Counted from the stretch's first letter, positions 40,700-53,636 are shown. The stretch: DNA of 64,000 nucleotides from Octopus sinensis (GCF_006345805.1 NC_043005.1:52328001-52392000); one strand, 5' to 3'. Program-made: numbers and translations. The notes: generated from the sequence alone by a model not told the origin.

Positions 40700-41757
40700 A
40701 TATATACATACATATATGTACGTACCTACCTCTACATGTATATATACATGCATATATGGGTACAGGACACCAAAAAACGTCGAACACAATGAGAAACGAA
40801 AACATAAACACAAAACCAAGCAAATGGACATTTTTTTAAAACAACGAAAAATAGAGTACAGGACATACAAAACAAGGACAATTCCCCTTCTTCAGTCGCC
40901 TTAATTTCATCTACTCCACGTTTCGAAGGTCAAGGCGATACATGTCTTCCATGAAATTTTCCTTCCCGCGAAAAATCAAATTAAATAAAATTTGAGGGTT
41001 TTTTGCGGAGGAGCAAAAATGGTAACAAAAACAGGATAGTAACGACAGTACAAAATATAAACAGTAAAAGACAGGACACGGAGAATAAGAGTAGCACAAA
41101 CAAGAAGGGCTGTTAAGCCAAACGAGATAAAAAAATTTTACGAACGCTATTGTTTGAGACGCGAGAGAGAACAGGTTAACGTCTCTACTTGACGGAGTTC
41201 AAGAAAGAAAAGACTGAAATAGCCGTCTCATTACGTGAGCGCGACGGGAGGGAGGAGGAGGAGGAGTAAGAGAAGGGGAGAGAAAAGAAGAGAGAAAAGA
41301 GAGAAAAGAAGGGGAATGGTGGTAGAGAAAAAGAAAAGAATGAAGAATGAGAGAGAGAGGGAGAGAGAGAGACAGTAAGTGGAAGAAAAGGCAAGCCCAA
41401 ATAATGAAGGCTGAGAAAGGGAGGGGAGAGAAAGGTTAAGAGTGCGCATCAATTAATATTAAGTAAGATCTTACTTAGAAAGGGATGCGTGCGTTCTGTC
41501 ATATAATAAATTAATAAATAAATAAAATATATGCATATATACATACATATATGTACGTGCCTACCTCTACATGTATATATACATGCATATATGGGTACAG
41601 GACACCAAAAATTCGTCGAACACAATGAGAAACGAAAACATAAACACAAAACCAAGGAAATGGACATTTTTTTAAAACAACGAAAAAATAGAGTAGCGGA
41701 TATACAAAAAAAGGAAAATTCCCCTTCTTCAGTCGCCTTAATGTCATCTACTCCACG
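40700..41757 (-). mobile_element. Probable Penelope-like 3' remnant with a partial tandem terminal repeat
   Basis: 40700-40915 is repeated at about 41530-41757 (gggtacaggacacc...ccccttcttcagtcgccttaat.tcatctactccacg). Between them lie a GA-rich tract and a gagacgcgagag motif shared with the PLE near 36950. Minus strand carries ctgaaga and gaaacgt motifs. Confidence 0.6.
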
Positions 41758-41762
41758 CATAT

Positions 41763-41942
41763 ACGCATATATACGCATATATACGATGGGCTTCTTTCAG
41801 TTTCCGTCTACCAAATACATCACAAGGCTTTGGTCAGCCCGAGGCTATAGTAGAAGACACCTGCCCAAAGTGCCACTCAGTGGGACTGAACCCGGAACCA
41901 TGTGGTTGGTAAGCAAGCTACTTACCACACAGCCACTCTTGC
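41763..41942 (-). mobile_element. Family-B SINE 5' half
   Basis: gggcttctttcagtttccgtctacc...gggactgaacccggaaccatgtggttggtaagcaagctacttaccacacagccactc. Confidence 0.85.
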
Positions 41943-42055
41943 ACATATATATGTATATATATATGTTTTTTTATTCTTTTATTCACATTATTTACATTTG
42001 ACGGATATTATTATTATTATTATTATCATCATCATCATCATCACCATCATCATCA

Positions 42056-42140
42056 TTATTATTCAGGTCACTGCATGGAATCGAACTCGGAATCTTGGGG
42101 TTAGTAGCCCGCGCTCTTAACCACTACGCCAAATGCCCGT
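42056..42140 (-). mobile_element. Short tRNA-like element (SINE head or tRNA pseudogene) ending in (ATA)/(ATG) repeats
   Basis: Reverse complement: gggcatttggcgtagtggttaagagcgcgggctactaaccccaagattccgagttcgattccatgcagtgacctg, with A and B boxes but no good acceptor stem. Confidence 0.65.
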
Positions 42141-42192
42141 TGGTATATGGTAGGGTAAGCAAGCTATTTACCACACAGCCGCTCCTGCACCT

Positions 42193-42290
<98 letters not shown>

Positions 42291-42907
42291 TTTTGCTTAT
42301 ATGTATATGACCATGTATATATCTGAAAATCACGTTTTCTGGCTGTTATGTTGCATGAGATATTTGTATGTTTCATTCCACATAAACAGCTATGGCACCG
42401 ACTAGCAATAATATCATAGCTCTCTCACAAATTTGCTAAGGTGAGTTGAGTATTTATTTGCACCTATATACGTTGCTAAATTTTAATTTTACGCTATTGA
42501 TTACCTCGTTACTTAGACATTCCAAAATAAAGAAATGCTACGACCATCTATGTGAGATTTCGTTTTAGTGCCGAAAGAGACAGACGATGTACTGAGAGTA
42601 GTTGTATTCTAAACAGTGATAGATTGTGCATGGAGTAAGATGACAGAATGCACCTGACCTAAAATGCAAACACTAAGCGAACGAGAGCAATCACAAAAGT
42701 GTAAAATGACTACTGCTGACGCTGAAAGAAATTTAACGTTCCGATTGATGTGCTATAAGAAATAGGAGGGGACGCACAGAGAGGTGGAAAACAGAAAGAA
42801 TATGCGATACCGCCACAGAAATTGTAACGTTATGGGTATACATATATATATTATGAATTTTACCCGCCCTAGATAGATACATATAATTATATTTGTGCGT
42901 GCACACG

Positions 42908-42948
<41 letters not shown>

Positions 42949-43019
42949 TAATAACAGTATAACTAAAAGAATCGTAGCTCGTAGGACAGATCTATTTCAT
43001 CATATATATATTTATATAT

Positions 43020-43225
43020 TCTCTTTTACTCTCTTTTATTTGTTTCAGTCATTTGACTGCGGCCATGCTGGAGCACCACCTTTAGTCGAGCAAATCGACC
43101 CCGGGACTTATTCTTTGAAAAGCCGAGTACTTATTCTATTGGTCTCTTTTGCCGAACCGCTAAGTGACGGGGACGTAAACACACCAGCATCAGTTGTCAT
43201 ACAATGCTAGAGGGACAAACACAGA
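43020..43225 (-). mobile_element. Family-B SINE 3' half
   Basis: tgtttcagtcatttgactgcggccatgctggagcacc...gccgaaccgctaagtgacggggacgtaaacacaccagcatc. Confidence 0.85.
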
Positions 43226-43238
43226 CACACAAACATAT

Positions 43239-43287
<49 letters not shown>

Positions 43288-43294
43288 ATATATA

Positions 43295-43336
<42 letters not shown>

Positions 43337-43470
43337 TTCATACATATATATATTATATATATACAGATAGATAAATAGATAGATAGATAGGTAGATAAAT
43401 ACATATGCATAAATGTATTTGTGTAAACACTCTCGTATGCAAGTGCGCTTGTACCTCTGTAAGCATATGG

Positions 43471-43553
<83 letters not shown>

Positions 43554-44987
43554 AAGAGAATGAGGTAGATAAGATATTTAAATAATGATGGAAATAGTTT
43601 AAGAAAACATGAAACATAAAGCATACACAAAAAATACGAAACTAAAGAGAAAAACAAAATCAATTGCAAGTTACAAGAACGAATTTGTCTGCTTTGAAAA
43701 CAAACTAAACTCTTGGGAATATATTCTAGCGTCAGCGTTCAAATGTCGATCAAAGGAATATTACTAAATTTATTTGAGCTTGGTTGCCGAGCTGTCGAGT
43801 GAATTTCGATCTTTTAGTCTTCTCTGATCAGTGAAAAAAATAAATGAAATAAAATTACTTTATTATTGTTACTGGAGAACCATGATGAGTTATTTTGGTA
43901 CGTGTTTTTATTTAAACTGTGTTCTTTTCGTATAAAAAAAAAAAATATTGCTTTTCAGGGCAGCAAATCTATTCGCTGATAATTTTTCTTTCATTATCGC
44001 TTCACGTTAAGTAGTTTATCTTGGATAGAATTGTGGTTGAATGTCGGGCAAAGTAGATTAGATATGCATTCAGGAGTCTCACTGTTCGTATCGTAATTAA
44101 TATCCGGTAAGTATTGCTCCTAAAACCTTACTCATTTTTTTTTATCAACTATGGAAACGGACTAAATTTTACATCAACCGCTTTCAGCTGCTCAGATTGT
44201 ATATATAACAAGACAATAACGCCTGTTTTGGGCATGTTTCTTTCTTCCTTTCTTTCTTTCTTTCTATCTGACTATCTATTTCTTTATATCTGTTTTCTCA
44301 AATTGGCCATTAGAAGACATTCTCGCGTCGTATACATGATATCGTAATCAGATCGAACTTCAAATTGATTTTGCATAGATTCCAATAGGTTAATGATCTT
44401 TAAAGCTGTTATAATTGGTTTCTCGATGATTCCTTCTCAATCCCCACTCCCCACATTCCTTCACGAACATAAAATGTAAACCCATTTGAGAACTTCCTAA
44501 ACGATGTGTTCGTTATATCGGAAAGAGACTATCAAGAAGCGATGCGCGGAGGGAGTTGTCCTTTTGTAGGAAGTGGACAGAAAATAATGCTTAAAGATAA
44601 TTTCACACTTCTATTGATTCTGTAAAAATAAGTGTAATCATCATCAGTGCAATGTAGCCTGAAAAACATACGAGAACCATCTGGTTTAATCACAGGAATA
44701 CTTATCTGTATCTTTCTTCCCAATAACTCCATTACCAGTGAAGATATCCCACGGAAATAGAATGCAAATTCTTCATGGATTGCCACAAAATTAAAGCTTC
44801 TCAACGCTCGGGTTAGTTTATTGCTCTTAATGTGGCAGAAACCATAGAATTCTGCAGTAAATGTCTTCTGGTTTATAGTTTTCTTTAACTTCTAAGCTCA
44901 AATCCCACTGGCATTTTATTACCCCGGGGTAATTTGTTTAAAAAAAAGATGGAACTAGTAAAGTACTGTAGTCAGTTCAGAACTTTA

Positions 44988-45175
44988 AGAAGGGGTGCTG
45001 AAAAGTTCCTGGCTTTGGGGAAAAGAAAATACAGGAGGATCAGTTAATTGTGATTTTATGCGATATATTCCCCTCTCAGATTCGCACACTTATTGCCGCA
45101 ATCCTTCAGTTTTTTTAAGCCCTGTAAAAGAAGGCGGAAGGTTGGATCTCCAGCCAGGTTTTTCACGATGCCTTA
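44988..45175. mobile_element. Mariner-type transposon end fragment
   Basis: gaaggggtgctgaaaagttcc resembles the mariner TIR pattern gagggNNNNNgaaaagt, followed by subterminal sequence. No partner end seen. Confidence 0.55.
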
Positions 45176-45189
45176 AAACCATGAATGTT

Positions 45190-45325
45190 TCACATGGCTT
45201 AGTATTTTGTTTCATGATCAGTAGATCGTGAGTTCGATTCCCGGACCGAGTTTTCTGTTGTGTTCTTGAGCAAAACACTTCCTTTCACACTGCTGCAGTC
45301 CACCCAGCCGTAAATGGGTAACCTT
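45190..45325 (+). mobile_element. Family-C SINE, partial
   Basis: catggcttagt...gagttcgattcccggacc...gtgttcttgagcaaaacactt...cagtccacccagccgtaaatgggta. Confidence 0.7.
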
Positions 45326-45860
45326 ACAACAGAATATATTTCCCTTCAAGGATATTGTTGGGCTGCTCGCCTAACCAACGGGGTGCCATCATTCGAAAGG
45401 TAAAACGATGCGAAGCGCATTGTGACCAGCGATTTATAACAATATCCGATAGTCTGATCGACACCTTGATACTGTAATATAAATATAATAATGCTAGAAA
45501 TGCCATTGTGTAATATCACAGACAGTTGCCTTTTGTTTTTATTAGGGCCTCTGCAAACCGTACATTGTGAATGAATTGGATAGAGGAAAGCTGTGTGAAA
45601 ACCCTTTGATGGGTTGTAACTGTTATTCAAAAGTACTGCCCTGTCAGTTATTTTGTCTCGTTGATTCGGATTCATAATTACATTAGGATTACACCTCTGT
45701 TTGGAATACTTAGACCAATACACGGTAATTCAACCCTTTGAATGGATCGAGCACACTAGTTCAAACAGACCCTTCTGATTACTGCTCTATTCGAGCACGA
45801 ACGAAACTTGAAGTAGGTCACATACAACCGGATTTCATTAAATGACACTATATATATATA

Positions 45861-45909
<49 letters not shown>

Positions 45910-46578
45910 CCCTCTCTCCCTCCCATCTCTCCCCTCTTTCTCAATCACACATACACACATAAAGCACACACAAAAATGTACGCTGAAAATATTTGATGCA
46001 TATTGAAATATACAACTACAAATTAATAGATTTGGAAATATATTTCCGTACAATTACCATAATAATTAATGCATTTATACAGTACATGATAGTAAGGATT
46101 TGTAACACTGAAACGAACTTTCTCATACCAAAACTGTTTTATGATATATTTATGAGGAAATCAGCCTCGCATATCTGATTGTGTTACCAACGAAATTATA
46201 CTTGAATAATTACGAAAATAAAATATATATGAAAAATAAAAAACGAAAATATGAAAAAAAGAAATTATTTTTAATAAGCTCATTAACTAGTCGTAGAAAC
46301 CATTTAATTTGCAACTAGGGGGTATATTTTTTGAGTGCAATCAATCAATAATATTTCGAATTTAAGCGAGTATAAACAGAGATATGATCGATCATTGGGA
46401 AGTATATATTTCCTGATTTATAGTTCAAAATGGGAATAATAAAACGTATTGAATGTTTTTTCGGAATATATATATAAGTGTGTACATGTGTGTGTATGTG
46501 TGTGTATGTGTGTGTCTCTGTGTGTGTATACAGTCACAGACAAAATAAATGTATGTTTTAAAAAATAAGTCCATATAC

Positions 46579-46627
<49 letters not shown>

Positions 46628-46821
46628 ATACCGATGATATTTCTCCTAAGTGTATAGGTCTTTCATAAAGTTAATGTCATCTTGAATGAACTTCACTTTT
46701 TTCTAAATGAGTGGAAAATGGATACAAATTTTGAATAATCATCATGATAAGCGACAATCATCGTCATAATCAACCGAATCAAACATAAGTATCATCATCA
46801 TCATCATCATCATCATCACAA

Positions 46822-46896
<75 letters not shown>

Positions 46897-47147
46897 TGCT
46901 GTTGTTGTTTTTTATAATTGTGGTAGTTGTTGGTACTTGTTTGTTATTGCTATTTAATATTTAATTTTTAAGCTACTTCGACAGCTTTCATTGGTATAAA
47001 TATATAGTCATCAAACTGAAATCTTAAGTATCTACTAAAATGGCGTCCATGAGATTTTCGTTAAAATCTCAAATGTTGCAGAAAGCTATAAAAGTACACT
47101 TATTATTTATTATTTATTCAGTGTACATTGAAAATCACGAGGAACAC

Positions 47148-47214
<67 letters not shown>

Positions 47215-47723
47215 GTGCAAAATAACGCTTCTCTCTTGAAACCATGTTGAATAATAAATTAATGGAAAAATGCTTAGAGAAACAAACAACTTGAGACCCA
47301 TTACTCTTAGACATGACGCTAGAAAACAATTGCGATTGCGGAAATATCTAAAACTAAATAAAAATGCGTTTCTATATAGTCTAGGCTTTCTTTATATATA
47401 TTTATTTTTTAGAAATTTGCAAAACATGAATTATACTTGTAACGATTTTCTTTTCAAAATTATGTATTTAAAAAATAACACCTATAAATTCGTTGTCATT
47501 TTCGCTTCAAATGTAATAATAACATAAGATATACAAGGGTATATCTCACTGTGCGTACGCAATTCTTGATACTTTAACTGGGTAGTGTATATAAAATTCT
47601 GTTGTTTCTGACTAAATATCACTCCTTGAACACCAATATATATATATTTCGATATGCCGTAGTCAAAATACTTCCGAGGTTTTTACTAATATTTAAACAC
47701 GCACACATATGCAATAGCATACA

Positions 47724-48101
47724 TCTCTCTCTATATAAACGGCATTTTTTGTCTGTGCGTGTTTCTGTGTTCTGTTGCTTGTACCCTCACCCTGCCCACC
47801 ACGCTTTCATCCGATTCTGTGAAACTTGACCACACATAGCCCAATGTCATAATTCAAAACTAACGTAGCGAAAATTTTGAAAGTTCCCCCAGTTCTGAAA
47901 AAATCGATAAATTCGACATGGGGTCGAGAATCAGAAACACAACCGCAAACTGTCTAGGGGACGCACTCCACCTTTTTTTTTTTCACTAAAAAAATTTACC
48001 ATCATTTTATTCCTTTTTTGTATTTTTTTTGGCTATAACTCTCTAAAAATGCTTTATAGTTATTTCCCTTACAACCTGAGCAACGCCGGCGATACTGCTA
48101 G
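47724..48101 (+). mobile_element. Non-autonomous Helitron
   Basis: Starts A|TC (tctctctctatataaacggc) and ends CTAG|T, with a GC-rich subterminal segment cctgagcaacgccggcg about 10 nt before the end and no TSD. These are canonical Helitron hallmarks. Confidence 0.75.
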
Positions 48102-48129
48102 TAGCTATATACACAGTAGTTTGAAATGT

Positions 48130-48330
48130 AAGCAGAAGGTCAGCAATTTCACGGAAGGAGATATGTCGATTACATCGACCCCCAGTATTCATGTGCTACT
48201 TATTTTATTGACAGCGAAAGTATGAGAGGCAACGTCGATCTTGGCGGAATTTGGACACCTAACGTAAAGTCGAACGTAATGGCACTAAGCATTTTGCCCC
48301 GCGTGGTAACTCCTGTCAGCTCGCCGCCTT
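48130..48330 (-). mobile_element. Family-A SINE, degenerate
   Basis: gtcgattacatcgacccccagt...ggcggaatttgg...gcattttgccccgcgtgg...cagctcgccgcc. Confidence 0.75.
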
Positions 48331-48554
48331 ATGTATATATATTAAGCTCATTAACTAGTAGGAGAAGCCATTTAATTTGCAACTAGGGGATATATAGTTT
48401 TGAGTTTTTATATATATATATATAATAATTTATTCTTATATATATATATATATATATTATATATTATATTTATTCTTTTATTTATATATATATATATATA
48501 TATATTTATTCTTTTATTTATATATATATATATATATTCTTTTTATTTTTTTAT

Positions 48555-48711
48555 TCTTTCACTTGTTTCAGTCATTTGACTGCGGCCATGATGGAGCACC
48601 TCCTTTTATTCGAAGAAATCGACTCCAGGGCTTATTCTTTGTAAGCCTGGTACTTATTCAATCGGTTTCTTTAGGACAAACACATACAGGCACACAGACA
48701 CAGACACAGAA

Positions 48712-48759
<48 letters not shown>

Positions 48760-48868
48760 TTACGACGGGATTCTTTCAGTTTCTGCCTACCAAAGACCAA
48801 ATCCACTCACAAGTTTTTGGTCGGAACCATTTGGTTGGGAAGCAAGCTTCTTACCACACAGCTACATC
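48555..48868 (-). mobile_element. Family-B SINE, internally deleted
   Basis: cttgtttcagtcatttgactgcggccatg...ccaaatccactcacaag...ttaccacacagctac. Confidence 0.75.
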
Positions 48869-49000
48869 TGAACTAACAAATAAATAAAGACACATGCACG
48901 CACACACACACACACACAAACACACACATGTTTTCTGCGCTTATTTGGTAAATGGTGCCGAATTTTACCCTTCTGTAAATAATAATAATAGTATGTATAA

Positions 49001-49145
49001 GCCTCGAACCCACATCTCTATGTTTTCGTGACAAGAGTGCTATCCATTACACTAACGTACACCCTGGGTGTACGTTAGTGTAATGGTTAGTACGCTTGTC
49101 GCGAATACATAGAGGTCTGGGTTCGAGTCACATGCGTACGGCAAA
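49001..49145. other. Back-to-back pair of tRNA-like (Pol III A+B box) units forming a long palindrome
   Basis: Perfect 21-bp arms at 49044-49064 and 49066-49086 around one T, extending about 41 bp further with about 7 mismatches. Each arm has a TAGTGTAATGG A box and a GGTTCGAG B box. Confidence 0.8.
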
Positions 49146-49277
49146 CCCTACATTTTTCTGTGGAGGGCTCATATTCCTCAATATTACACTATTTACCTTA
49201 GTCAAAGCACGGTGATCGTTTATAAGTTTTAAGCTTATAGATATTATTATTATTTACAGTAATGTGTGTGTGTGTGT

Positions 49278-49344
<67 letters not shown>

Positions 49345-50155
49345 GTAAGACCCAAGCTTCAAGGAAGAATAGGCTGTTAGTAAGTATCAAGCAGTCCGCA
49401 GAAGGTATAAAAAAATAACTTTCGGAAACAATAGTGGTTTATTGACGTAAACGTTTGCATATGTTTCTCATATCGAAATTCGATAAACTGAAATAAGTTA
49501 TTTAATAGTTTACGGTTAGCATTTGGGGTTGCTTTGTATATGAATAAAAATCCAAGATCAAGGAATAGAGTAGAGAAAATCCAGTCTACATATGGTTCAA
49601 AGCTTGCAGAACCTCGGAAGTAGTAATTGCTGAAACGAGGGTCAATCCGTTAGACACCCGTCGGGCTAAAGATACTTTAGTCAGATGAAGGTTAAGTTGT
49701 CGTCAGGGGATCCCATGTTAACTTGCAAGAAATATGATCGAAAATGTGTGGAGAGCACAGAGTGAGAGAACAAAACGGAAAACATATTCGTGAAGAAATA
49801 ACATATGGTAGTGTGTAAATATCTAAATTGGTTAAAGAAAAGCATAAAGAATGCAAATAAAGAAAAAGTAAGGAGGAAGAGTAGGGGAAAATTTGGTATT
49901 GCCGAAGCTGGTTTGGGGAATGTCTTTGTGAATTTAGGCTGGGGTCATTTACTGGATCTACTGTAAAATAAGTAAATATATAGTGGCACCCTGTGAATAC
50001 ATTTAAACAAAGTCAAAGAAAAGGAAGATATAGGAGCGGTATTGAGTTAGAATTTGTTAGGAAAAGTGGGGAGAGGAAGAAAGAGAGGTGGAATATAATG
50101 TTTTTGGTCAGTAGGGGAACATATTAGTTGTAGTTGGTAGTTTATCGCTTAATTT

Positions 50156-50255
50156 NNNNNNNNNNNNNNNNNNNNNNNNNNNNNNNNNNNNNNNNNNNNN
50201 NNNNNNNNNNNNNNNNNNNNNNNNNNNNNNNNNNNNNNNNNNNNNNNNNNNNNNN
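50156..50255. other. Assembly gap (100 N)
   Basis: Exactly 100 N, typical of a gap of unknown size. Adjacency of the two sides is not guaranteed. Confidence 0.98.
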
Positions 50256-51020
50256 TCCTGTCTGGGATTCTATGTTTTACTTACCTTATTTACAATTAGA
50301 ATTCTAATCAGAATTTCAAATCAGCGCGTAAGGAAATATAATATTTCGTCTGATATTCTACAGATCAAGGAAATATTCTGTTCAAAGTATTAATAATATC
50401 ATGATGAGCGATTTAAAGCAAGAAATTATTCAACAAAATGAAACATGGGAGAGTGGGGGGTCTATCTCTGTTTTAAACCGTTTCGTTCCATTTTATAGTT
50501 TGTCATTTAGAACAGTGCTTACTTTGAAAGGGGAACTATTCAAGTATTTTGTCCACGATTGACTATGTTCGGCATGCTTGTCAGAAAATCGAAAACAGAA
50601 AGTCTTGCAACGTTTTTCAAGTCATCCTACGCTATGAGTTCGAATATTGCTGGAACCCGGTATTCCGTTTATAATTCCAAAGTTCATGCGATCATCAAAA
50701 TTATTCCGTAATTTCCTAGAAATTTTTTTTTCTCATTTTATTTAGTGGAGGAGATATAAGTTATTAGTTATCAATTGCAACCCTTGGTCTGATGAATTTA
50801 AATTTAATATCTATGTTTGCAAGGATAAAGGAGTTAGTGACGTATTTGCAAAGTTTTCAGTGCTGTCTATCTATGTAGAGTGGTAGATTTAAACCCTTTT
50901 AAAACATCAATATTGCTGTTGTTTGTCCTTTCACCAATTCCATATCCACCGCAGAAAGTTATTTAAAAATACTTTTACATTAAAAAGAAGTAAAATAAAA
51001 TATATAATAATCAACCTCCT

Positions 51021-51790
51021 TAAGGCGGCGAGCTGGCAGAAACGTTAGCACGCCGGGCGGAATGCGTAGCCATATTTTGTCTGCCGTTACGTTCTGAGTT
51101 CAAATTCCGCCGAGGTCAACCTTGCATTTCATCCTTTCTGGGTCGATTAAATAAGTACCAGTGATGCACTGAGGTTGACGTAATCGACTTAATAAGTTTG
51201 TCTGTCCTTGTTTGTCCCCTCTGTGTTTAGCCCCTTGTGGGTAGTAAAGAAATAGGTATTTCGTCCGCCGCTGCGTTCTGAGTTCAAATTCCGCCGAGGT
51301 CGACTTTATCTTTCATCCTTTCGGAGTCGATAAATTAAGTACCAGTTACGCACTGGGGTCGATATAATCGACTTAATCCGATTGTCTTTCCTTGTTTGTC
51401 TCCTCTGTGTTTATACCCTTGTGGGTAGTAAAGAAATAGGTATTTCGTCTGTCTTTACGTTCTGAGTTCAAATTCCGCCGAGGTCGACTTTGCCTTTCAT
51501 GCTTTCGGGGTCGATTAAATAAGTACCAGTTACGCACTGGAGTCGATGTAATCGACTAATCCGTTTGTCTATCCTTGTTTGTCTCCTCTGTGTTTAGCTC
51601 CTTGTGAGTAGTAAAGAAATAGGTATTTCGTCTGTCTTTACGTTTTGAGTTCAAATTCCGCCGAGGTCGACTTTGCCTTTCATTCTTTCGTGGTCGGTAA
51701 AATAAGTACCAGTTGTGTACTGGAGTCGATGTAATCCACTGGCTCCCTCCCACCAAATTTCGGGCCTTGTGCCTAGAGTAGAAAAGAACA
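51021..51790 (+). mobile_element. Family-A SINE concatemer: one full head plus three further units of about 184 bp
   Basis: The junction aaagaaataggtatt-tcgtc recurs at 51256, 51440 and 51623. The last unit ends in the alternative tail ccaccaaatttcgggccttgtgcctagagtagaaaag. Confidence 0.9.
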
Positions 51791-52244
51791 AATTTAACTT
51801 AGGCAAATCGTGCGCCTTTTCAGCGTTTAAAAAAAATGACCCTTCCTTAGCACTTAGTTCATTTCAAGTGATTTTCTTGTTTTGAAGCGTTTGACCAGTT
51901 TTACTTTGTACTAATTATTTTAGTACAAGTTCTGATGCTTTGGATGGTATGGCACATTTTGACAACTATTGTTGTATGTCATTGTTATGCGCTTTTCAGT
52001 GATATTTAATTTGCGTTCAAAATGAAAGTGTCACATCTTAGTCGGTGGTTTCTAAAGCAACGCTTATCACGTTTATGGAGTACATAGATGCCGGGCTGCT
52101 AATGTGATACTGAGAAGTAAAATTTAGGAAGTGACAGACAATGTATTAGTTTCAAATTTTGCACAAGGCCAGCAAATTCGGGACAGTGTGTAAGTCGATA
52201 ACATTGGTTTCAGTGCTCAAATGATACTTTATTGAATTCAATCT

Positions 52245-52515
52245 TTGCCTGACCACAGTATTCTTTTCACTTCTGTTATGAGTTTGTCATTTACCGCATT
52301 TCACTTTATGTCTTCTAGGATTACTGGTAATTCGCGTACCGCATTCCACAGTTCATTTCCTTTATTTCTCATACTTGTCTTCAAGCTGCGATTACCGAAT
52401 CTTCGAATGGCTCACAGTGTTTTGGTATCCGTCTGGACAAACCATCCGCATGTTCCAGTTTCTTTTACGGTAAATATTCCATTTTGTAGTCACAATTCAA
52501 TAATGTAGTGCCCTA
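52245..52515 (-). mobile_element. Ty3/Gypsy pol fragment (RNase H end and linker before integrase)
   Basis: Minus strand: TLLNCDYKMEYLP*KKLEHADGLSRRIPKHCEPFEDSVIAA, matching the LxxYDFxIEYxPxKxxxHADGLSR motif. Confidence 0.8.
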
Positions 52516-52914
52516 TCGCTATTTGCCGTGTGTGTTGGTATTCCTTTTTTAGAACCGTATATAGGACAGTAGTGGGTGATAATTCGTTTGTAGACAGAAA
52601 CGTCTACCATGAATAAATCTATATAATTTTTTCACACTTAATATTGGTGGTTAACGCTTCGTTTTCTATCTGAGTTTAGTTCCTTTCAATTGATAATAAC
52701 GATCGTCACCTTATTTATAGCGACTAGCATATACAACACCTCACGTGAGATAGGTGTACCATTATTACTATTATCCCCACATCATTAAAGGAACGTAAAC
52801 ACAATATCACCGGTTGTCAAGCGGTGGTGTTGGATAAATACAAAGAGACACACACACAAACTCACACACATATACACATAAGTACACACTCACACACGCA
52901 TACACATACACACA

Positions 52915-52954
<40 letters not shown>

Positions 52955-53636
52955 ACAATAGACAATGAAAAGGACAACACAGGAGAAACAAAATCTGAGA
53001 AATGATGTATAAGCTTAAAACTTTAATAGAAAGAGAGTTTCGGCCGCTAGACCTTCATCAAAAGAAAGAGATAAGCATAGAAGAGACTTGACCAAAGTGT
53101 CAGAAAGTGGGTCTGAACTGGGAATCGTGTGGCTGGAAACTAATATTCATATCTTTACCACACAACCATACTTAAATTTATAAATGTATATATCTATCAC
53201 TGTATCTTTGTGTGTCTATATATATATATATATACATACGTATGTATGGATGTATGTGTGTATGTCGTCTATGCAGACAGGTATATTTGTGCTCGCATTT
53301 ATGGACACATATATGCATGCATGTATGTACGATTGTAATCACTAGAGAGAAGTGAGAAAGAGATATTTATTATAACTTCACTATTTCATGATTATGTGTC
53401 GTGTTGTAATGTGAATCGTTGCTGAAAAAGAAAAGAAAAAAATATTTATATATGTATGTTTATATGGTTGCGTAATGCCGCATGATGTTAGGAAAACCTG
53501 TCAATATTATATTAACAACTGCTATTTGTCCGCTAAAATGAATAACAACTTGATTATAGTATATCGGAAATCAACAGGAGCGGACAATCCTTGTTCTCAT
53601 CGTCATCACCATCCACCTTCTCATCATTGTTAAAAC

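Noticed and set aside
49066-49143. Functional tRNA gene
   Set aside because: The anticodon stem-loop is non-canonical (no U33, mismatched stem) and the acceptor stem is imperfect. Treated as a tRNA-derived element.
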